Source: an uncultured Chloroflexia bacterium
GTDB lineage: Bacteria; Chloroflexota; Anaerolineae; Anaerolineales; Anaerolineaceae
Length of the DNA: 32,000 nt
Direction of reading: 5' to 3'
Assembly: GCA_963704755.1 (NCBI GenBank)
Contig: OY969938.1
Location: 60,001 to 92,000 of the forward strand
Each line of letters begins with the position of its first letter. Position 1 is the first letter of the stretch. Below are positions 25,985-32,000 of the stretch, one piece after another. Made by a program: the position numbers and the translations under genes. The notes beneath the pieces were generated by a model. The model had not been told where the DNA came from. It did no database searches and worked only from the letters and a program-made list of their open reading frames with translations.

Positions 25985-26920
25985 TCACGGCGAGCGGCGC
26001 TGTCGTCCACATCCTCGGGCCACGAGTTCGACAATGTTCTGGCGGCTGGAGTGCGATTCGAAAGTGATATCGGCCTGGGGGAATGCCTGGAGAACGATGT
26101 TGTAAAAATCCTGGGCGGTTGGATTGAAGCTGGTGATGTTGTAGACCAGGTTCTTCAATTTCGCGCGATCGGCAGATTCGAGCAGCAGCAGGGATTTTAC
26201 CGCATCCGGCATGACCATAAAGGGCAGGCGGGTGTCCGGCCGGACGAAACAAGTATAGGGTTCACCGGCCGCCGCGTGATGGATCATCTCGGGAACATAA
26301 TCGCTGGTGCCGCCGGTCGGGATGGTTTCGGCGCTGATCAAGCCCGGGAAACGGATGCAGCGAAAATCGATGCTGCTGGCGCTGTGGTCGGCGGCCAGTT
26401 GGCGATAGTAGCGGGTGTAATAGCGCCCCAGTTGTTCGCAATAGAGCTTATTGCAGCCATACATGGTGGTCGGTTCCAGCCATTCGTATTCTTTCACTTT
26501 GCCGGCGCGGTGTTTGGCCTCCAGGTTTGGCAGGCCGTAGGCCGCGATCGAGCTGGGGTACAGAAATTTGACCGGGCGTCCCTGCCAGGCGGACTGCTCG
26601 ACAGCCAGGCGTAACAGGTTGAGCGTACCTTCCACATTCACCCGGTGGGCTGTTTCCGGGTTGTATTCTGCTTTGGTGGAAAGAATGGAAGCCAGGTGGT
26701 AAATCGTGCGGATCTCATATTCCGCGACCAGCCGGCCCAGCAGCATTTGATCGAGGATATCCCCCTGAATAAAACGGTAACAAGAAGATTTTAGCCCATC
26801 ATCGATTGGCTGGACGTCCAGGGCGATCACCAACACATCGCTTTTCTTCCCCAGGGCCTTAATCAAGCCATGACCAATTTCACCGTTAGCTCCGGTGATC
26901 AGGACGACTTCTCTGCGCAT
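25985..26920 (-). CDS. NAD-dependent epimerase/dehydratase-fold protein (short-chain L-threonine 3-dehydrogenase-like), apparently frameshifted near the 3' end
   Basis: Rossmann motif ITGANGEIGHGL and YxxxK (YGCNKLYCE). The ORF as drawn ends in nonsense-like ...NIVELVARGCGRQRRSP*. The family-typical C-terminus (D)SWPEDVDDSAARREWEWKPDYDQERAFSEYLIPAIRVRYQQES* is encoded in the adjacent frame from 26025 to the stop at 25894-25896. Confidence 0.85.
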   Translation of the reverse strand: MRREVVLITGANGEIGHGLIKALGKKSDVLVIALDVQPIDDGLKSSCYRFIQGDILDQMLLGRLVAEYEIRTIYHLASILSTKAEYNPETAHRVNVEGTLNLLRLAVEQSAWQGRPVKFLYPSSIAAYGLPNLEAKHRAGKVKEYEWLEPTTMYGCNKLYCEQLGRYYTRYYRQLAADHSASSIDFRCIRFPGLISAETIPTGGTSDYVPEMIHHAAAGEPYTCFVRPDTRLPFMVMPDAVKSLLLLESADRAKLKNLVYNITSFNPTAQDFYNIVLQAFPQADITFESHSSRQNIVELVARGCGRQRRSP

Positions 26921-27024
26921 AAAAAATTCCCTCTTTCTAAGAGCGAATGAACTTCCAAAATCGGATTACTGAGGTGATACTACCTATTTTATCACTGCGG
27001 TGTCGGCCGCACTGCCGGCAACAA

Positions 27025-27057
27025 AAACCGTGGCCTGGTAATGCTCGGCCACGGTTT
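27025..27057 (-). terminator. Rho-independent terminator of secF
   Basis: The minus strand reads AAACCGTGGCC, an 11-nt loop, GGCCACGGTTT, then TTTGTTG. It lies 20 nt after the secF stop at 27077. Confidence 0.65.
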
Positions 27058-27076
27058 CTTCGTCATGGAATATGGA

Positions 27077-27994
27077 TCAGGCGTTCGCGACTTGATTACG
27101 CCGGAACCAGGTTCGCCACTCTTTGTTCTCCCAGACCACCAGGATAGGGGAGGCATTGAAGATCGAGGAGTATGTTCCACTGAACACACCCACCAGCAAA
27201 ATGGTGACGAAGTGGCGGATGGTGTCGCCACCGAACAGCGCCAGGGCCAACAGGGTCAGCATGACGGTGAGCTGGGTGTCGATGGACCGGGCCAGGGTTT
27301 GAACGATGGAGTGGTTGACCACCTTAGTGTAGGGCAGCCGGCGGTATTTTTGGGCATTCTCGCGGATGCGGTCGAAAACCACGACCGTATCATGGACCGA
27401 GAAACCGATTACCGTCAGCAGTGCGGTCAGGAAAAGCGAGTCCACTTCCCAGTGCAGGAAATGGCCAAAGATGGCCTCCATGCCCACCACAACCAGCACA
27501 TCGTGCAGCATTGCGATGATAGCCGCAGTGCCATAGCGGAAGGCATTGGTTACCTTATGGAAAGCGAAGGTAATGTAGATCAAGATGCCGAGTGCTGCCA
27601 GGGCGACTGCCTCGGCCGCTCTCGAGGCGACTTCCTGACTAACGGATGGCCCAACCGTATCAAAGCTGAGAACGGTCACCTGGCCGCCAGAAGCAGTACC
27701 CATCTCGCTGACCAGGTCGTTTTTCGTCGTCTCGTCAATGGCCTTCGAGCGGATGATCAAGACGTCGTTGCCCGACGATTGTACGATGGCGTCTGGATCG
27801 CCGGCTTTGTCGTACATGGACCGCACCTGTTCCAGCGGGAGAGCTTTACCCTGCTCAAACTGCACTTCCAAAGAAGATCCGCCTGTAAAGTCAATGGACA
27901 GCGGGAAGCCCCACACCATCAGGGCGATGATTCCCGGAACAATGACGACCAGGGAGATTAGAAAATACCAATAGCGATTCTTAATGATATTCAT
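27077..27994 (-). CDS. secF: Protein translocase subunit SecF
   Basis: 305 aa with an N-terminal TM helix, a periplasmic P4-like domain (GIDFTGG-type SIDFTGGS), and five C-terminal TM helices of RND-like topology. It lies directly downstream of secD. Confidence 0.93.
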   Translation of the reverse strand: MNIIKNRYWYFLISLVVIVPGIIALMVWGFPLSIDFTGGSSLEVQFEQGKALPLEQVRSMYDKAGDPDAIVQSSGNDVLIIRSKAIDETTKNDLVSEMGTASGGQVTVLSFDTVGPSVSQEVASRAAEAVALAALGILIYITFAFHKVTNAFRYGTAAIIAMLHDVLVVVGMEAIFGHFLHWEVDSLFLTALLTVIGFSVHDTVVVFDRIRENAQKYRRLPYTKVVNHSIVQTLARSIDTQLTVMLTLLALALFGGDTIRHFVTILLVGVFSGTYSSIFNASPILVVWENKEWRTWFRRNQVANA

Positions 27995-28020
27995 GAGGTC
28001 TCTCCAAATCTACGCAGCGA

Positions 28021-29484
28021 TTATACGCCAAACATACGCGGGTGTTCAGCGAACTTTAGGTTGTCCAGAATCGCGTGGAGGAAGACGCGGGTGACAAACA
28101 CGGCCGTGAACAAACTTACACCAACACCAATGGCCAGCGTCAGGGCAAAGCCTTTGACCAGGCTGGCGCCAAACGCGCTTCCGAACCAGAACAATATGGT
28201 ACAGGAGATGAGCGTGGTGATATTCAAGTCACGAATGGATGGCCAGGCTCGATCCCAGCCAAGGTCGATGGCTTGTTTTAGCGTTCTCCCGCTGCGGAGT
28301 TCTTCTTTCAGACGCTCAAAAATCAGAATGTTTGCATCCACAGCCACACCGATACTCAATACAAAACCGGCGATCCCCGGCAGAGTCAACGTGACCGGGA
28401 TCATTTTGTAAAGGGCAAATGTGGTCAACGAGTACATTGCCAGGGCCAGGCTTGCGACAACACCGGGCAGGCGGAATAAAGCGATCATGAACAGGATAAC
28501 CATGCCCAGGCCGATGGAACCGGCCAGGATGCTTTTGTTGATCGAGTCCTGCCCGAGGGTGGCGCTGATCTGGCGGCTCTCGACGACGGTCAGCGGAACG
28601 GGGAGCGAGCCGTAGCGCAGTTGGATTGCCAGGTTGTTGGCCGAGTTTTTGGTGAAACCACCGCTGATCTGGCCGCTGCCGCCGGTGATTGCGGTATGGA
28701 TGGACGGTGCTTCGATCACTGTGTTATCGAGAACGATGCCCAGGTATTGGCCAACATGAGAAGAGGTAAAATCGCTGAAAACCTTTGAGCCGTGGTCTTT
28801 CAATGTGAAAGATACATAATAGGCACCCAGGTTATCCTGGCCAACCGCTACACTCGCAAGATCATCGCCGGTCATGATGGCCGTATAAGTAGGCACTTCG
28901 GTCCCGGTTGGAGTAACTTCTGGCGTCGCAGCAGCCGCGCCGGACCCTTGAGTGGCAGTTGTTTCAGCGGTGGGCGCTTCGGTGGCCGTGCTGGTGCTTT
29001 CTGCCGTCGCTCCCGGAGTGGTTGTCCCATTGGTCGTATCGGTCGAGCTGGTGACTTGACTGGTATCCACGTTGATGACTGTTCCCGCTGGAAGCGGGTT
29101 ATTGTCCATCGGCACGAATGCCAGCAGGCCGGTTTCCTTCAAGACCGAAATGGCCTCTCCGGTGTTGGTCAAACCCGGAAATTCTCCCAGGATGCGCTGT
29201 CCGCCGGCTTGTTGGAAGACAACTTCACTTACGCCCAAAGCGTTTGCGCGATTTTCAAGGATCTTCATCGCGTCTTTCATCTGCTGGTCAGTGACAACCG
29301 TGCCAGCCGGAACATCAGCTTGCATGAGGACTTCCAGCCCGCCGCGCAGATCCAGACCCAGTTGGGTTTCCGTACTGCGAATATTAAAAAAGCTGTTATT
29401 ACCAGGCCAATCGATGTAAAGTACCAGGCCTAGTAAAACCAGGATGATTGCAAGCCTGGTAAAAAAAGTTCTTTGTCCCATCAA
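28021..29484 (-). CDS. secD: Protein translocase subunit SecD (with a Thr/Ala-rich insertion in the periplasmic domain)
   Basis: LGLDLRGG motif, a P1 head/base domain, and six TM helices with the conserved DANILIFERLKEE segment. Confidence 0.93.
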   Translation of the reverse strand: MMGQRTFFTRLAIILVLLGLVLYIDWPGNNSFFNIRSTETQLGLDLRGGLEVLMQADVPAGTVVTDQQMKDAMKILENRANALGVSEVVFQQAGGQRILGEFPGLTNTGEAISVLKETGLLAFVPMDNNPLPAGTVINVDTSQVTSSTDTTNGTTTPGATAESTSTATEAPTAETTATQGSGAAAATPEVTPTGTEVPTYTAIMTGDDLASVAVGQDNLGAYYVSFTLKDHGSKVFSDFTSSHVGQYLGIVLDNTVIEAPSIHTAITGGSGQISGGFTKNSANNLAIQLRYGSLPVPLTVVESRQISATLGQDSINKSILAGSIGLGMVILFMIALFRLPGVVASLALAMYSLTTFALYKMIPVTLTLPGIAGFVLSIGVAVDANILIFERLKEELRSGRTLKQAIDLGWDRAWPSIRDLNITTLISCTILFWFGSAFGASLVKGFALTLAIGVGVSLFTAVFVTRVFLHAILDNLKFAEHPRMFGV

Positions 29485-29734
29485 GGACCTCCCATGGGTA
29501 AAGGGTACCTGCGTAACCGGGTTTGATTGCCCGTGTATCTTATCATTAATGACTAAATTATAGGAAGAGTTTAAAGAAGGATTAACTGCGGATAAAGGTC
29601 ACAAAAACGTCTTTGGGGTTGAAATTTTCATCCTTTCCGTTAAATAATGTATGTGAAGGCGTAATGACGCTCTCCAGAATGAATATACCTGTGTTAAAAT
29701 ACTTGACGCAATTATTCGATTAAGCGAGGTCCCC

Positions 29735-31507
29735 GTGTATAAAACCCACAACTGTGGTGAATTACGCTCTGAAAACATCGGCCAGACGGTTACATTGGCC
29801 GGATGGGTCCACCGCCAGCGTGACCACGGCGGCGTGACCTTCATTGATTTACGCGACCGGTCTGGAATTGTCCAGGTAGTAGCTAATCCGGCCATGCGCC
29901 CCGATGTAGCCCAGGTCCTGCAGGATGCGCGCATGGAATGGGTATTGAAGGTCACCGGACAGGTGCGTCCCCGCCCAGAAGGGGCCGAGAACCCCAACCT
30001 GCCGACCGGAGCGATCGAGATCGATGTGACCGCCTGTGAAGTGCTCAATCCGGCCAAGCCGCTGCCCTTCCTGATTAACAAAGATGAAGATACCGACGAG
30101 AATGTGCGCCTGAAATATCGCTATCTCGATCTGCGCCGAGAGCGAATGCAGCACAACTTGCTATTGCGTCACAAGGTAATCAAATTCATGCGCGATTTTT
30201 TGGACGAGCGCGGTTTTATTGAAATCGAGACGCCCATGCTCTTCAAGACTACGCCAGAAGGAGCACGTGATTACCTGGTTCCTTCCCGGGTACACCCGGG
30301 ATGTTTCTACGCCTTGCCCCAGTCGCCGCAGCAGCTCAAACAGCTCTTGCAAGTAGCCGGGTTCGAACGCTATTTCCAGATTGCGCGCTGCTTCCGTGAT
30401 GAAGATCTGCGTGGCGATCGCCAGCCTGAGTTTACTCAACTTGACCTGGAGATGTCGTTCGTTCATCGTGACGATATTCTGGAAGTCATCGAAGAGCTGT
30501 TCACAGCCATGTTGCCGGCCGTCACACCCAACAAACACTTGCTTACTTCGCCATGGCCGCGGCTCACCTATGCCGAAGCGGTCGACCGGTTTGGTTCAGA
30601 TAAACCGGATATGCGCTTTGGTATGGAACTTTATGGCGTTTCCGATATTTTCGCCAACAGCAGTTTTATGGTGTTCCAGAACACCCTCAAGAACGGCGGG
30701 GTCATCAAATGCCTGATCGTACCGGGTTGCGCCGAATATACCCGTAAAGAGGTCGATGACCTGACCAATTTGGCCAAAGAACAGGGCGCCAGAGGGTTGG
30801 CAACCATCGCTCTCACCGCCGAAGGCGTCAAAGGCACCGCCCAGAAGTTTGTCAGTCCAGAGGAGTTGTCCGCGCTTCAGCAGCGGACCGGGGCGAAAGA
30901 GGGCGATTTGATCCTCTTTGTCGCCGATCAACGTGCAGTTGCCAACAAGACTCTTGGACAGTTACGCTTGCTCTTCCGCGACCGGCTAAACCTGGTGGAC
31001 AAAGACATGATGGCCTTTGCCTGGGTAGTCGATTTTCCTATGTTCGAATGGAACGAAGAGGATCAAAAGTGGGATGCCGCTCACCATCCCTTCACCATGC
31101 CCAAGATGGAAGACCTGGACAAATTCGATAGCGACCCGGCAGCGATCCTTTCGGATGCCTACGACATGGTTTGCAATGGCTACGAAATGGCGTCCGGCTC
31201 GATCCGCATCCACCGTCGGGATATCCAGCTCAAGATCTTCCAGTTGTTAGGGCTGAAGGATGAAGATATCCAGCAGAAGTTTGGACACATGCTCGAAGCG
31301 TTCGAGTACGGTGCACCCCCCCATGGCGGTATCGCTCCCGGTATCGACCGCCTGGTAATGCTGCTGGCCGATGAGCCTAACATCCGCGAGGTGATAGCCT
31401 TCCCCAAGAACCAGGCAGCCCGCGATATGATGGCCAACGCGCCTTCTCCGGCGACGGATAAACAATTGAAAGAGCTGCACATCCGCGTGGAGATGCCGAA
31501 AGAATAA
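29735..31507 (+). CDS. aspS: Aspartyl-tRNA synthetase (bacterial type)
   Basis: 590 aa. N-terminal OB fold ([19 protein letters not shown]), motif 2 ([18 protein letters not shown]), the bacterial GAD insertion domain, and motif 3 ([14 protein letters not shown]). GTG start with GAGG 5 nt upstream. Confidence 0.95.
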   Translation: MYKTHNCGELRSENIGQTVTLAGWVHRQRDHGGVTFIDLRDRSGIVQVVANPAMRPDVAQVLQDARMEWVLKVTGQVRPRPEGAENPNLPTGAIEIDVTACEVLNPAKPLPFLINKDEDTDENVRLKYRYLDLRRERMQHNLLLRHKVIKFMRDFLDERGFIEIETPMLFKTTPEGARDYLVPSRVHPGCFYALPQSPQQLKQLLQVAGFERYFQIARCFRDEDLRGDRQPEFTQLDLEMSFVHRDDILEVIEELFTAMLPAVTPNKHLLTSPWPRLTYAEAVDRFGSDKPDMRFGMELYGVSDIFANSSFMVFQNTLKNGGVIKCLIVPGCAEYTRKEVDDLTNLAKEQGARGLATIALTAEGVKGTAQKFVSPEELSALQQRTGAKEGDLILFVADQRAVANKTLGQLRLLFRDRLNLVDKDMMAFAWVVDFPMFEWNEEDQKWDAAHHPFTMPKMEDLDKFDSDPAAILSDAYDMVCNGYEMASGSIRIHRRDIQLKIFQLLGLKDEDIQQKFGHMLEAFEYGAPPHGGIAPGIDRLVMLLADEPNIREVIAFPKNQAARDMMANAPSPATDKQLKELHIRVEMPKE

Positions 31508-31508
31508 G

Positions 31509-31549
31509 CCTTTGGGGATGGGGTAACGAAGTTACCCCATCCCCAAAGG
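31509..31549 (+). terminator. Perfect 19-bp hairpin immediately after aspS
   Basis: CCTTTGGGGATGGGGTAAC (31509-31527), loop GAA, GTTACCCCATCCCCAAAGG (31531-31549), starting 2 nt after the stop. No clear T tract follows (TAAAATATG). Confidence 0.5.
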
Positions 31550-31720
31550 TAAAATATGTCAGGGCAATCGCATCATGCCAATTTACTCCCAACAGAGAGA
31601 GAATTTTAAGTGTTATTATAGGGCGAAGCCCCACAATAACACTCAAAAACCCATTCTTTGGGGAATTGCTCTCGAAATGCAGGCAGGATGCAATCGCCCG
31701 GTAAAATATGTACAGATTGC

Positions 31721-31750
31721 TTGACAGGCATGAGCCTGTGCGAGTATAAT
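31721..31750 (+). promoter_or_regulatory. Near-consensus sigma70 promoter upstream of rpmF
   Basis: TTGACA (31721-31726), 18-nt spacer, TATAAT (31745-31750). The predicted leader to the rpmF ATG is about 55 nt. Confidence 0.6.
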
Positions 31751-31811
31751 TTTCCGGCTTTACAAGGATTGAATTTCAGCCAGGGCATGGCAAGACAGAT
31801 AGGAGTTCAGC

Positions 31812-32000
31812 ATGGTTCCTCTTCCTAAACGGAAACTTTCTAAAGGTCGTCGTGATCGCCGGCGGTCGCACGATGCATTAGTAAAAACCCAATTGGTACA
31901 GTGCAGCCAGTGTGGTGAAATGCGCATGGCGCACACGGTTTGCCCCAATTGCGGATATTATCAGGGTCGTGAAATCGTCTCGGTAGCAAAAGAAGAAAAG
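31812..32000 (+). CDS. rpmF: 50S ribosomal protein L32 (runs to the window edge, no stop seen)
   Basis: Not in the ORF track. ATG at 31812 with AGGAG 6 nt upstream. Translation: MVPLPKRKLSKGRRDRRRSHDALVKTQLVQCSQCGEMRMAHTVCPNCGYYQGREIVSVAKEEK. This carries the L32 RRSHDAL motif and the CxxC...CxxC zinc ribbon. Confidence 0.9.
   Translation, partial: MVPLPKRKLSKGRRDRRRSHDALVKTQLVQCSQCGEMRMAHTVCPNCGYYQGREIVSVAKEEK

Noticed and set aside
29485-29734. T-box or other leader riboswitch upstream of aspS. AAAGGGTACCTGCG at about 29503-29516 loosely resembles the T-box core.
   Set aside because: The resemblance is partial. The element lies at the far 5' end next to the secD start rather than beside a terminator/antiterminator just upstream of aspS. 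No specifier-loop or terminator structure is evident.
1-32000. CRISPR arrays, transposases, integrases, toxin-antitoxin pairs, restriction-modification or other recognisable defence genes.
   Set aside because: I saw no regularly spaced direct repeats and no ORF with nuclease, integrase, transposase or methylase signatures. The only dispersed repeat is the REP-like hairpin reported separately.

Overview
All calls come from reading the sequence and the ORF track; no database search was run. The window is mostly core bacterial chromosome. Hand counts on sampled 60-nt lines give roughly 48-57% GC in the core genes. The gene content suggests a Chloroflexota/Anaerolineae-like anaerobe, but I cannot confirm that without a search. 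Core genes: gltX (5' partial) plus tRNA-Gln(CUG); an aldo/keto reductase; an MFS transporter; a minus-strand run of relA/spoT, moeA, a VKOR-family gene and a tiny Cys4/poly-acidic ORF; pfkA; a minus-strand run of tRNA-Leu(UAG), tig, clpP, a HAD-IIA hydrolase, rlmN, ftsY and prfB (with the classic CTT TGA C +1 frameshift, which the ORF track splits); ADP-forming acetyl-CoA synthetase; a 2-hydroxyacid dehydrogenase; htpG; an SDR/threonine-dehydrogenase-like gene whose conserved C-terminus sits in another frame; secF and secD; aspS; and rpmF (3' end at the window edge, missing from the ORF track). The only clearly accessory stretch is an AT-rich island of about 3.7 kb (about 16.2-19.9 kb). It holds a frameshifted TPR-like gene, one solo copy of a dispersed hairpin repeat and two tandem PD40-repeat lipoprotein genes. 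I found no CRISPR array, transposase, integrase, recognisable defence system or toxin-antitoxin pair, and no convincing novel multi-gene system. The best leads are: (1) a REP/REPIN-like hairpin repeat with compensatory base changes between copies; (2) the VKOR + Cys4/acidic-tail mini-protein pair; (3) the AT-rich lipoprotein island; (4) two apparent frameshifts outside prfB; (5) unusually long perfect palindromic hairpins that punctuate gene ends.
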